Below, piece after piece: positions 1-12,297 of a stretch of DNA of 64,000 nucleotides. Below the pieces are notes generated by a model that was not told the DNA's origin, made no database searches, and was given only the letters and a program-made list of their open reading frames with translations. Source of the DNA: Negaprion brevirostris (taxonomy: Eukaryota); contig JARDVH010000031.1 in the NCBI GenBank assembly GCA_030324005.1, forward strand, positions 38,609,614-38,673,613, read 5' to 3'. Position numbers and translations under genes: made by a program. Numbering within the stretch: the stretch's first letter is position 1; every line of letters begins with the position of its first letter.

Positions 1-133
1 AACCGATTTATTTGATAATAGACTCACGAGCTTTCGAGGGGACACCCTCTTCGTCAGGTGAATGGAGAGTTCTGGCCAGACTTTTTACTGTGTTTACCCC
101 AGTTCAACGCCAGCATACCCACATCATGACTCT
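1..133. mobile_element. Partial Penelope-associated short repeat (same family as 36173-36358)
   Basis: gtttatatttg...agctttcg...ccctcttcgtcaggtg...ccccagttcaacgccagcatacccacatcatg. Confidence 0.45.
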
Positions 134-268
134 TCCCAATGCCATACCATTAACTGAGTAATTCCTGCCCTGGTTCAATCTACCAAAATGCATCACCTTG
201 CATTTGTCTAAATTGAACCCCATCTGTCATTCGTCAGCTCATTGGCCCAATTGATCAAGAGCTGTCAC
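134..268 (-). mobile_element. CR1-like LINE fragment
   Basis: ccaaaatgcatcaccttgcatttgtc...aattgaaccccatctgtcattc, reverse of the CR1 RT W.M.FN..KC.V.HFG region. Confidence 0.55.
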
Positions 269-375
269 ATTTTTCTCACACTTGTTTTATGATATGGGTA
301 AACTAATTTTTGGGATGTCACCAATATAAGATTTGGGGTCTTTTCTATTAAAGATGGATTTCTTTTTTTTTCCAG

Positions 376-960
376 AATATCCTGATTATGAACTTGACCA
401 ACAATATCTTGAGGGTCTGATTGTAAGACAAGGTGGAGTGATCAGATTAACGGTGCCCATAAAAGGCAAACCTATTCCCATCTGTAAATGGACAAAGGAA
501 GGTCGTGATGTTAGCATGCGTGCAATGATTGCAACTTCTGATACCCACACTGAACTTGTAATAAAGGAAGCAGACAGAGCTGATTCAGGCACTTATGACT
601 TGGTTCTAGAAAATAAATGTGGCAAAAAGACAGTATACATTAAGGTGAAAGTGATTGGAAATCCCGATCCTCCACAAGGACCACTTGAATTTGATGACAT
701 TCAAGCTCGTTCTGTCAGAGTATGTTGGAGACCTACTGCTGATGATGGTGGATCTGATATCATTGGGTATATTGTTGAGAGACGTGAGGTACCCAAAGCT
801 GCCTGGTACACTGTTGATGCCAGAGTAAAGGAGTGTTCCATTGTTGTTAAAGGCCTGAAGGAAAATTTGGAATATCACTTCCGTGTTTCTAGTGAAAACC
901 AATTTGGCATTAGCAAACCTCTAAAATCAGAAGAGCCAGTTGTACCAAAGACACCACTAA
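376..960 (+). CDS. TTN: TTN A-band exon (Ig + Fn3), 585 nt
   Basis: ttccag|AATAT ... CTAA|gtaagt; YPDYELD...PKTPL. Confidence 0.93.
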
Positions 961-3900
961 GTAAGTAGAACATTGTTCATTGTAGCCTTAAGCAAAGACT
1001 ACATTATCTTACCTTTTGCATTTAATTAATTTTTCACATACTGTAGCTAATTCATTGCTGTCATTCTAGATCCACCAGAGCCTCCAAGCAATCCACCAGA
1101 AATACTGGATGTCACCAAGAGTTCTGTCAGCCTCTGCTGGTCAAGGCCAAGGGATGATGGTGGCTCACGTGTCACTGGCTACTTTATTGAACGTAAAGAG
1201 TCTACCACAGACAAATGGGTGCAACAAAACAAGACCCATATTACCACAACAATGTATACCATTGCTGGGCTTGTTCCAGATGCTGAGTATCAATTCCGTA
1301 TTCTGGCAGAGAATGACATAGGCCTTAGTGATCCAAGCCCACCATCTGATTCCGTCCAATGCAAAGATCCTTTTGGTAAGTTTTATCGAATCTATGTAAG
1401 TTCACTGTATGAATATGCAATTTTAAAGTAAGATTTCAACAGCAGTGCAACTGTTGTACCTTAGAAAGGCGCCTTACTATCAATTTAATCACATTAAAAG
1501 TTAATATAATTCAAAAAATTATATTTCACAGATAAACCAAGCCAACCTGGAGAGATTGAGGTTACTTCTGTCATGAAGGATAGCATCACTATAGAATGGG
1601 AACGTCCTGAATGTGATGGTGGCAAGGAGATTATTGGTTATTGGGTTGAATATCGTCAATCTGGTGACAGTGCGTGGAAGAAATGTAACAAGGAACGAAT
1701 AAAGGACAGGCAGTTCATGCAGGGAGGTCTTCTGGAAGCCACAGAATATGAATTTAGAGTCTTTGCGGAGAATGAGACTGGTGTTGGCAGACCCCGTAGA
1801 ACCATAATGGCAATCAAGACTAAATTGACTTGTATGTACTTTTGTTTTGTGTTTTAATTTAAATTAATGTTATTGTGTTGTTAGAAATTACNNNNNNNNN
1901 NNNNNNNNNNNNNNNNNNNNNNNNNNNNNNNNNNNNNNNNNNNNNNNNNNNNNNNNNNNNNNNNNNNNNNNNNNNNNNNNNNNNNNNNNNNACTGGTGTT
2001 GGCAGACCCCGTAGAACCATAATGGCAATAAAGACTAAATTGACTTGTATGTACTTTTGTTTTGTGTTTTAAATTAATGTTATTGTGTTGTTAGAAATTA
2101 CTCCTGCTCATGCTTCTTTTATCTTATCAACAGCTGGAGAAGAACCATGTGTTAAGCAAGAGATTGCTGAGGTTACTGCTAAACTAGGCGAATCAGCCAC
2201 ACTGACCTGTCAGATTACTGGTAGACCACTTCCTGAAATTATATGGTATCATTTTGGAAAGGAATTGCATCAAAGTCGCAAGTACAAAATGAGTTCAGAT
2301 GGACGTAATCATTCAATTACCATTGCAACAGAAGATCAAGAAGATGAAGGTTTGTATACATGCAAGGCTACTAATGATGCTGGAGAAACAGAGATCAGCG
2401 GTAAAGTATTGCTCGAGGCTCCTCCACAATTTCACCCTGCGTATCCATTAAAAGAGCAATACCTTGTAGGTGTTGGTACCAGTCTTCGCATCCATATTGT
2501 ATATATTGGGCGTCCTGTGCCTGCTATTCGCTGGTTCCATGGAAAGAAACCCTTGACAGATTCAGATAACGTTTCCATAGAAAACACAGAGCACTATACT
2601 CACCTCGTAGTGAGAAATGTCCAACGGAGGAATCATGCTGGAAAATATAAGGTGCAGCTGAGCAATGCATTTGGAGCAGTTGAAACAACATGCAGTGTGG
2701 AAATCCAAGGTAATCTATGGTTAGTTTTATTGAGTTATTGCCAGATAATTTCATTAAACAGTACATTTAATATTATTTACATTTGCATGTAGATAAACCA
2801 GCAATGCCGGAAGGACCAATAGTCATTGATGCTTTGCTGAAGAACTCTGCTGTAATCAGTTGGAAACCACCACTTGATGATGGAGGTGCATTAATTACCA
2901 ACTACATTGTGGAAAAACGCGAAGCCAAGGAAGGTGAAAAATGGCGTCTAGTATCATCCTCCATTGCGAGCACATCTTGTAGAATTTTGCACCTCATTGA
3001 CAATGCTGGCTACTATTTCCGTGTTTCTGCTCAAAATCAGTTTGGAGTCAGTGAACCATTAGAAGTTTCCTCTGTTGTCATAATCAAGAGTCCATTTGGT
3101 AAGTATCTACATAAATTAAGTTGTTACTTGCCCACCGTCTTGCTATATTTTGAATTCTAATATGTATGTTGTTTTTCCTCCTTATAGAGAAACCTGGGAC
3201 ACCAGTCAAACCTGTTATAAGTGCGGTCACAAAGAACTCCTGTGTGGTTTCATGGAAACCACCTGCCAGTGATGGTGGTGCAAAGATTAAAAATTATTAC
3301 CTTGAAAAACGGGAGAAGAAACAGAATAAATGGATTGCTGTAACAACCGATGAAATACATGAAACAGTCTACTCCGTGAAAGGCCTCATTGAGGGCTTGG
3401 AGTATGATTTCCGTGTCAAATGTGAAAATCTTGGTGGTGAGAGTGACTGGAGTGAAGTATCCGATCCTGTTGTTCCAATGTCTGATGTACCCATCATGGC
3501 CCCGAAGTTCAAAGAAGAAATACGCAACTTGAGTGTGAAATATAAGGGCAATGCCACTTTTGTTTGCAAGATTACTGGTAATCCTAAACCTGTTGTGAAA
3601 TGGTTTAAACAAGGAAAGGAAATTGAGCCTGATGGTGAAAAGGTGAAGATCCAGGAATTTAAAGGAGGATACCACCAATTGGTGATTACTGGTGTCACAG
3701 GAGATGATGCCTCTGTGTATCAGGTCCGAGCAGTCAATCAAGGAGGCTCCATTTCATCGACGGTCTCTTTGGATGTTGACGGTGTGTATCATGTACCAAT
3801 TATGTTGTATAATAATGAGGGGATGTAATTGGTCTTGGGAGTAGTGCAAAATGGGTGAATCAACAGCTCATTTTACAATCCATTCAATTATCTTTTCATT

Positions 3901-6900
3901 GAAGTCATTGGAAAAAATCAATTGGATAGAGTGAAAAACAAGCCGTTTATACACTATTTCCCATTTGTTCCCGAGACCAACTTTACCTCTGCTAAGTTCA
4001 TTGTTTTACATTAACTTGCTGCCTTTAAATATTTATATTTACTTTTAAAACTTTTTTTTTTGTCTCCAGTTCCTGCCAAGATTCATCTACCCAAACAACT
4101 GGAAGGCATGGGTGCAGTTCACGCTCTCCGTGGTGAAATAATAAGCATTAAAATTCCTTTCAGTGGCAGACCTGATCCAGTAATCACATGGCAGAAGGGT
4201 CAAGATCTTATTGATAATAATGGTCACTACCAAGTAATAGTAACAAGATCATTTACATCTCTTGTATTCCCCAATGGAGTTGACAGGAAAGATGCTGGCT
4301 TCTATGTTGTATGTGCCAAGAATCGATTTGGTATAGATCAACAAACAGTTGAATTGGATGTGGCTGATGTACCTGACATGCCACGAGGACTTCAAGTTAG
4401 TGACATTACACGTGATTCCGTTGTATTAACATGGAATCCTCCAGCTAATGATGGTGGAAGCAAAGTCATTAACTATGTCATTGAAAAATGTGCAACAACT
4501 GCAGAGATGTGGATTCGAGTTGCACAGTCACGTGACACTCATTACACTGTTGTGAATCTTTTCGGCAAGACCAGCTACCAGTTCCGTGTGATTGCTGAGA
4601 ACAAGTTTGGCCAGAGCCTGCCATCAGAGCCAACCGATCCTATAGTCACTAAAGAAGATAAGACAAGAGTTATGAACTACGATGAACAGGTTGATGAATC
4701 AATTGAAATTACCAAAAGCAAGGCTACCCATTCCACTATTAAGGAACTTCACAGTCGATACTCAATTGCTGAAGAGCTGGGACGTGGACAGTTTAGTATT
4801 GTTCATCGGTGTATTGAAAACACCAGTAAGAAAACATACATGGCGAAGTTTGTTAAAATAAAGGGTGCTGATCAGGTGCTGGTGAAGAAAGAGATTGAAA
4901 TTCTCAATATTGCGAGACACAAGAATATTCTTTGGCTACATGAATCATTTGAGAGCCTTGAAGAACTAGTCATGGTCTTTGAGTTCATTTCAGGCCTTGA
5001 CATCTTCGAGCGCATCAATACAACCAACTTTGAACTGAACGAAAGGGAAATTATTATCTACACCCGCCAGATCTGTGAGGCACTCGAGTTTCTACACAGT
5101 CAGAATGTTGGCCATTTTGACATCAAACCAGAGAATATAATCTACACCACAAGAAAGAGCTCTTTTCTTAAGATTGTTGAACTTGGACAGGCCAGACAAC
5201 TCAAACCTGGTGACAACATTAGAATCCAATTCACTGCTGCAGAGTATGCAGCACCTGAACTCCATCAACATGATGTGGTCAGTGCAGCTACTGACATGTG
5301 GTCAGTTGGTGCACTTGTGTATGTACTTCTTAGTGGTCTAAATCCATTTATTGCTGAAACAAACCAACAGGTTATTGAAAACATTATTAGAGCAGAATAC
5401 AACTTTGACGATGAAGCTTTTAAAGATATCACCACTGAAGCTCTAGACTTTATCGATCGCCTGTTGGTCAAAGAAAGGAAGGCTCGGATGACAGCTGCTG
5501 ATGCTCTTGAACATCCATGGTTGAAACAGAAGACAGAAAAAATGAGCACCAAAGTGATTAAGACTTTGAGACATAGAAGATACTATCAAACCCTTGTTAA
5601 GAAAGAATTAAATGTTGTTGTTTCTGTAGCTCGGATTTCTTCTGGTGGAGCTGTTAGAGCTCACAAGGGAGTTACAGTTGCCAAGGTTAAGATAGGTCCA
5701 ATTGAAATTGGACCACTTACTGGACAAGTAATGCACGCTTCTGCTGAAGAAGGTGGTCATGTTAGGTATTCCTGCAGGATAGAAAATTATGATCAATCTA
5801 CCGAAGTCACATGGTACTTTGGTGTCAGGCAACTGGAATGCAGTGATAAATATGAAATTACATACCAAGATGGTTTGGCAACAATGTATGTTAAAGACAT
5901 AAACAAGACAGATGATGGTACCTACAGATGCAAAGTGGTAAATGACTATGGTGAAGATAGCTCCTATGCAGAGCTGTTTGTGAATGGTGTCAGAGAAATG
6001 CGTAAATTCTATATGGAACGCACAGTGAAGAAAGTAAAACGTAAAGTGGATGCTATGAGACTCCTTGAAAGGCCACCAGAGTTTACATTGCCTCTGTATA
6101 AACGTTCTGCATATATTGGAGAAGATGTCAGATTTGGTGTCACTATAACAGTTCACCCTGAACCACGGGTAACCTGGTTGAAATCTGGACAAAAGATCAA
6201 ACCTGATGAAGATGACAAAAAATATACTTTTATTTCTGACAAAGGCCTCTATCAGCTGATCATCCACAGTGTAACAAAGGATGATGATGCTGAATACACC
6301 GTAGTAGCTCGCAATAGATATGGTGAGGACAGCTGCAAAGCCAAATTAACGGTATTACCTCACCCACCTGCAGCAGATACCACAATGAGACCCATGTTTA
6401 AACGTTTGTTGGCAAATGCAGAGTGCATGGAAGGCCAAAGCGTTCGTTTTGAATGTAGGGTGTCTGGCACACCATCTCCTGCTCTGAAATGGGAGAAAGA
6501 TGGACAGGCTTTGGCATTTGTTCCAAATATTGAATTTGTCCATGAAGGTTTGGACTACTATGTTTTGCACATAAGAGATACGTTACCAGAGGACTCTGGT
6601 GTTTACAGAATTACTGCTACCAACAGCGCTGGATCTGCGAGCTGCCAGGCCTATCTAAAGGTTGAACGCATGACCTACGTTAAGCGTCAATATGAGAGTG
6701 AGGAGGAACGACAGCGACATGCTGAGAAACAAATTAACAAAACAGTGAGAATGGCTGAAATTCTTGCAAATGTTGAAGCCGTTCCACTGACAGCCGTAGC
6801 AAAGGAAGCTCTGCGAGAAGCTGCAATAATGTACAAACCAGCTGTCAGCACCAAGAATGTCAAAGGTGAATATGAAATTTCAAAAGTAGAAAAACAAAAG

Positions 6901-9900
6901 GAAGAAAAGAGACTTCGTATGCCCTATGATATTCCAGAACCTCGTGTGCATGCAGCAAGTACAATTGAAGAGAATCAAGAGATCAAACAATTTGTTCCAT
7001 TATCTGACATGAAATGGTACAAGAAACTGAGAGACCAATATGAAATGCCAGCACCCATGGAGAGAATTGTAACAAAACGACCAAAACGAATCCGTCTGTC
7101 CAGATGGGAGCAGTTTTATGTCATGCCTTTGCCACGCTTTACTGATCAGTATAAGCCCAAATGGCGTATACCAAAAATGTCACAAGATGACCTTGAAACA
7201 GTTAGACCTGCTCGAAGGCGCACACCATCTCCTGAGTACGAAATATATTACAGACCAAGGAGGAGATCACTTTGTGATTTGTCAGATGATGATTTACTCC
7301 GCCCTGTTGACGAGTACCTTTCGATGAAGAGAGTAGAGGAAGAAAGATTGCGTCTTGAGGAGGAACTTGAATTAGGATTTTCTGCTTCACCTCCAAGGCA
7401 CAGCCCACCACGTTTTGAGTTATCAGCCCTTCAGCACAGACAGTTAGCTACAGCAAAAGAGGAGGAAACACATGTCAAATACCAAGGATACCACATTCCT
7501 TCCAAGTATGAAGCTGGCCCAAGCTTTATTGATCTCCGGCAGCGTCATGACAAAGCTATTTATAAGCCACCAAAACAAAAGCAAAGAATGATGGAAGACA
7601 GAGAAGATGATGAGTTGCTTCGACCAATTTCTACTGTCCAGAAATTATCCGCCTACCAAACAGAACTTGAGCATATGGAACGTGAGGAAAAGACAAGGAT
7701 CAAAAGTCGACGGGAAAGAGAGATTTTTGTGACAAAATCTGAAGAAGAACAACAACAACAAAGTTTTGAAGTTAAGGAATACGTTCGCAAAGAATCTCCT
7801 GAAGTCTCAAAGCTTCTTAGGAGAAGAAGATCGCTTTCCCCAACTTACATTGAATTGATGCGACCTGTATCTGAACTAATCAGAACTCGACCACGCCGCA
7901 CAGAACTTGAAAGCGAAGGCGTAGAAAGACGATCTCCCACACCAGAGAGAACACGTCCACGTTCACCAAGTCCAGTATCGCGAGAGAGCTCACTTTCACG
8001 TTTTGAAAGGACTGCCAGGTTTGACATCTTTTCACGCTATGAATCAATGAAATCTGCTCTAAAGTCTCATAAGACTTCTGAAGGAAAATATGAAGTTATT
8101 ACTCAACAGCCTTTCAGTCTTGACCATTGTCCACGTGTAACTTTGAGAATGCGTTCTCATCGCATCCCCTGTGGTCAAAATACCAGATTTACATTAAATG
8201 TTCTGTCCAAGCCAAGAGCTGAAATTAGTTGGTACCACAATGGTAGAGAAATTCAGGAGAGTGACAAGTACCACTTTACTGACATGAATGGTGTCCTAAC
8301 ACTAGAAATCCGGGATTGCCAAGCTGAAGATAGTGGAACCTATCGAGTTGTTAGTTCTAATTACAAAGGAGAGGCTTCTGACTATGCAACACTAGATATT
8401 ACGGGAGGTGACTATTTTACCTACCTGTCTCGCCGTAAAGATGAGGAGCAACCAAAATTACTTGTACCTGAACTGACGAGGACTGATTTTTATCAACTCT
8501 CTTCGTTTAAAGCAGCAACAGAAATTGAAGAAGTCAGTGAGATGAAAGAAACTACGGTAGAAGAATCAGAAGTAAGGGAATCCATCAGTTCTAAAGAAAG
8601 ATTAGCTTATGCATCCAAGCAAACTCTTCCAGCCAAAATAGTAACAAAACCACAGTCAGTCACAGTAGCAGAGGGAGAATCTGTTAGGTTTTCCTGTGGC
8701 ATTGACGGTGAGCCAACACCCACTGTGACATGGATGCATGCTGGGCGAAGAATTTCATCCTCCAAACGCCTGTTTATTATGACAACACAGTATAAATCTA
8801 CCTTTACAATTTCATCAGTCCAATCTTCTGATGAAGGAAGTTATACAGTGGTGGTAGAAAATTCTGAAGGCAAACAGGAAGCACAGTTTACTCTGACTAT
8901 CCGCAGAGCAGGAGCAAAAGAATCAGGTATTGTTGAGACCATGAGAACTAAGAGAGTCAAATCACCAGAACCCGCCACTTCTCTTCCAAGAGTTAAGTCA
9001 CCTCCAACTCTCAGAACACCTTCAGCAGAACGAGTAGAGATCCCTGCAAGTGCTCCACCCAAGATTTCTCAAGAATTGAAAGCTGAAGTTGCTGAAGATG
9101 GTACGGTAAAACTCACGTGCGCAGTTGAGAGCACAGCCCTGAATGTGAAAGAATTGACTTGGTTCAAAGATGGACGTAAAGTAAAGGAAAACAGTCACTA
9201 TAAACTGGAATATGCTGCTAATGGTGTCTATAATCTCAGTATCCATGGAATTAATGCAACTGATGAAGGAGAATACACTTGTGAAATCACTGGTGAAGGA
9301 GGCATTTCCAAAACCACTTTTTCCTTCGTTGGTCAAGTGTTCAAAAGCACTGTTGCTAAAGTGGCCAAAATAACTGAAGTTCAGAAAAAAGCTGCTAAAT
9401 CGTATGGAAAAACAGAAGTAGTTCAGGAACAAATTGTGAAAAAAGAACTTAAAGCGTCATCCACAGAAATTACAACCACGCGGGTGCAAATGACTGCTGT
9501 AGATGGCCAAAAGGCCATACTTAAGGCAAGCATACCAAATGCTTCTGATGTGAAATGGGTCTCAAATGGTTTGGAACTAATCAATTCAGAAGATTATCGA
9601 TATGGTGTATCTGGAAATGACCATACTTTAACCATCAAAAAGATCAGCTTTAGAGATGAAGGTACAATCACCTGTGAAGCAAAAACTGAGCACGGAAGAG
9701 TTAAATGTCAGTTTGATTTAACAATTCAGAAGAGACAATCAAATGCGCCGGCATTCATTGTGCAGCCCAAGTCCCAAAATGCTAATGAAAGACAAAGTGT
9801 GACATTTACTTGTGAAATATCAGGAGATCCTTCTCCAGAGGTTGAATGGATGAAAGACAATCATCCTGTGAGTACTTTATTAATTTATGTTTGCTATTCG

Positions 9901-11167
9901 TTTATGAGATTCTCCAAATCAAATTACTTACTGTGTTTATGACGAAAGGGCTTATGACGAAAGGGAACTTGTTTCATATTTCAGATTGCAATTTCAAGAA
10001 ATTTGAGAGTGAGTCGTTTGAAAAATAAATACACCCTGGAAATTCTGAGTGCAGCATTCTCTGACAGTGGAAAATATACAGTAACAGCAAAGAATTTCCA
10101 TGGGCAGTGTTCTGCAACAGCGTCTTTAATTGTACTAGGTATGCTATTGCCTTAAATTATTGCACATTTGCATTTTCTGTACATCTGATTAACATTGATT
10201 TTATTTTACCCTGAAGCTGAGTTTCTTCGGTATACTGTTGAGCAAAAGTCTGGCAAGTAATTGAATATTTTTAACATTAATCTTCATTTTTTATAATATA
10301 AAGTAGATGCAAATGATTCAATGTTTTATTTGGTCTATCAGCAAATAACTTGTGACACACTCAAGTAGGACACAGATTTTTATCTTCATTTAATGATTTT
10401 ACCTTTCCCGCACGTTGAACGTGAGGCGATTTATGCATCACATCTGTTTGCTATGCTCCACAGCTCTAATTGAAGAACCTTCTAAAATGGTAGTTCTGGA
10501 GACGGGTGCTTCTGCCAGCATGCAGGAACATTTCACTGCCAAGGCACAGGAACACTTCTCTTCCAAGGCAATGCAAATGACCAAACAAGAGGCCAGCAGC
10601 AGCATGACTGAAGTTAAATTTGCCAGCATGTCTTCAAGTAGCATGTCATCATTTAAAGAATCAAAATTATCAATGAGCTCCAGCTCTTTCATGGAGCATT
10701 CCAGTATGAGTCATCTAGAAGCAAGTACTGGCAAAATGATAACCGGCATTACTAAAGGTGATATTACCAAAACATTTTTAAAAATGACTTTTTCTATTAG
10801 TCGCATCCAGTTGTACCAACATACTGGAAAGAGAAACTAACCTGTTTACTGTATGTTTTTTTTTACAGGATCTTCTCCTAAAATTGAAGCTTTACCATCA
10901 GATATCACTATTGAGAAAGGAAAGGTTCTAACAGTTGCCTGTGCTTTCTCTGGTGATCCTATGCCTGAGGTAAAATGGTCACGTGGGGGAAGACCTCTTT
11001 CTGACGATGAGGATGGTGGCAGATTCCACATTGAAACAACAGATGATCTAACAACACTCATTATCACAGGTGTCAAAGAAAATGATGCAGGACGCTACAC
11101 TCTAAGACTCACAAATGAATTTGGATCGGATTCTGCCACTGTAAATATTAAAATCAGATCAGTATAA
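376..11167 (+). CDS. TTN: Titin, 3' portion (10 coding exons: 376-960, 1070-1375, 1532-1831, 2134-2709, 2793-3098, 3188-3781, 4070-9867, 9985-10138, 10464-10757, 10869-11167); gene continues upstream of the window
   Basis: Ig/Fn3 repeats, titin kinase, M-band Ig domains, C-terminus ...DSATVNIKIRSV*; all junctions GT..AG and frame-consistent. Confidence 0.98.
1070..1375 (+). CDS. TTN: TTN A-band exon (Fn3), 306 nt
   Basis: ttctag|ATCCA ... TTTG|gtaagt; PPEPPSNPPEILDVTKSSVSLCW...CKDPF. Confidence 0.93.
1532..1831 (+). CDS. TTN: TTN A-band exon (Fn3), 300 nt
   Basis: tcacag|ATAAA ... ACTT|gtatgt; KPSQPGEIEV...KTKLT. Confidence 0.92.
2134..2709 (+). CDS. TTN: TTN exon (two Ig domains), 576 nt
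   Basis: caacag|CTGGA ... CAAG|gtaatc; GEEPCVKQEI...CSVEIQ. Confidence 0.93.
2793..3098 (+). CDS. TTN: TTN exon (Fn3), 306 nt
   Basis: atgtag|ATAAA ... TTTG|gtaagt; KPAMPEGP...IKSPF. Confidence 0.93.
3188..3781 (+). CDS. TTN: TTN exon (Fn3 + Ig A168), 594 nt
   Basis: ttatag|AGAAA ... GACG|gtgtgt; KPGTPVKP...VSLDVD. Confidence 0.92.
4070..9867 (+). CDS. TTN: TTN giant M-band exon (A169-A170, kinase, M1-M6, M8, N-half of M9), 5798 nt
   Basis: ctccag|TTCCT ... CATCCT|gtgagt; uninterrupted ORF (4060..9942 in the track). Confidence 0.95.
4759..5523 (+). other. TTN: Titin (pseudo)kinase domain
   Basis: YSIAEELGRGQFSIV, YMAKFV, HFDIKPEN, ELGQ (DFG position), APE, DMWSVG, HPWL. Confidence 0.95.
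9985..10138 (+). CDS. TTN: TTN exon Mex4 (C-half of Ig M9), 154 nt
   Basis: tttcag|ATTGCA ... CTAG|gtatgc; IAISRNLRV...DSGKYTVTAKNFHGQCSATASLIVL. Confidence 0.93.
10464..10757 (+). CDS. TTN: TTN exon Mex5 (is7, Ser/Met-rich), 294 nt
   Basis: ccacag|CTCTA ... AAAG|gtgata; LIEEPSK...SSMTEVKFASMSSSSMSS. Confidence 0.88.
10869..11167 (+). CDS. TTN: TTN last exon Mex6 (Ig M10) to stop codon
   Basis: ttacag|GATCT; PKIEALPSDITIEKGKVLTVACAFSG...IRSV-TAA. Confidence 0.95.
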
Positions 11168-12291
11168 AGATCTGAATCTGCTGACACATAAATTAAACTT
11201 CAAAATAGATACCTTAACTGCTATGAACTTGAATTTCTGACCTGTATATATTATTTTACATATTTTTTTACCTAACGTGACATTGTGCATTTATACCAGA
11301 CTAGACAATATCTGAACAAGTGGTAGATTGTGCATTGATTATTGCACGTGGATTTAGGAATTTTTAACCATTTTCTGTGACATGTACATACTGTATATAG
11401 CCGAACTAAACGGTTATGGAAGTTTTGTACCTTGTGTTTTATGAGATTTTTAATGGAACTTTTGAAACTGATAGTTGTCAGGGGAAAGTTTGAATAGGAC
11501 GACTACCTTGTTCAACTTGGAACTAAAACTTGTACCTCAACATAGTGTTGATGTCTAAGAATACCTCAGCAGGTGGAGAGGCTCCCTGNNNNNNNNNNNN
11601 NNNNNNNNNNNNNNNNNNNNNNNNNNNNNNNNNNNNNNNNNNNNNNNNNNNNNNNNNNNNNNNNNNNNNNNNNNNNNNNNNNNNNNNNCCTGTTGAAGAC
11701 AACCTACACCCAAGAGATGATACTATGCACTGTACCTAGATACATGCAATACAAGTTTGTGGAATTAGAAGGCTATGTCTGTGATGCTATTTACATATAC
11801 CCTCCTGCAAATAACACCACAAGACTTTAGCCAATGAACCGACTATGTCATATCACTGTTTAACATAGACAGGATGGTTAACTATGAATACGAAGTACAA
11901 GCGGCCATTACTTTGTATTACCGTCTTTAATGTGCACTGTTTCCAACATTGGAATTACTTGGATAGTTTGAATGAAAAATAGATCAACCTGGCCATACCC
12001 TCATTTCAGCAAACTGTTTCAAGTACTTCTATGTGGAAATAGTGCTAACTCAAGGAGGTTCAGATTTACCCTGGGGTGCACTGACTTTGTGTGGTAATTG
12101 TAGAATTTTATTTCATATTATCTGTTTTAAGGGCATAAGTAACAGAAATTAACCACATTGAAGCAAAAAAACCTTTGTGCTCCAACATTTTAATGCCCTG
12201 TGCAGTAACTTTAGAGAAATAAGTAGTGTTTAATTAATTTTATTGAACCTCCTTGACAATTAGAAAAGTAAAATTGTACTCCTGATTGAAA

Positions 12292-12297
12292 AATAAA
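12292..12297 (+). terminator. TTN polyadenylation signal (3'UTR ~1.15 kb)
   Basis: AATAAA followed by gcatgctttctgcacct and a T-rich downstream tract. Confidence 0.7.

Noticed and set aside
1777-2101. Apparent duplication of a titin exon end with a second donor (1777-1891 vs 1992-2101)
   Set aside because: Near-identical copies flank a 100-N gap: unmerged contig overlap or haplotypes, not a real exon duplication.
3250-9432. Minus-strand ORFs over titin exons (e.g. 5608-6267, 219 aa)
   Set aside because: Antisense shadows of the coding strand; no recognisable protein and no splice support.
9937-9965. Tandem ttatgacgaaaggg x2 in the intron before Mex4
   Set aside because: Simple slippage duplication; acceptor intact and no evidence of function.
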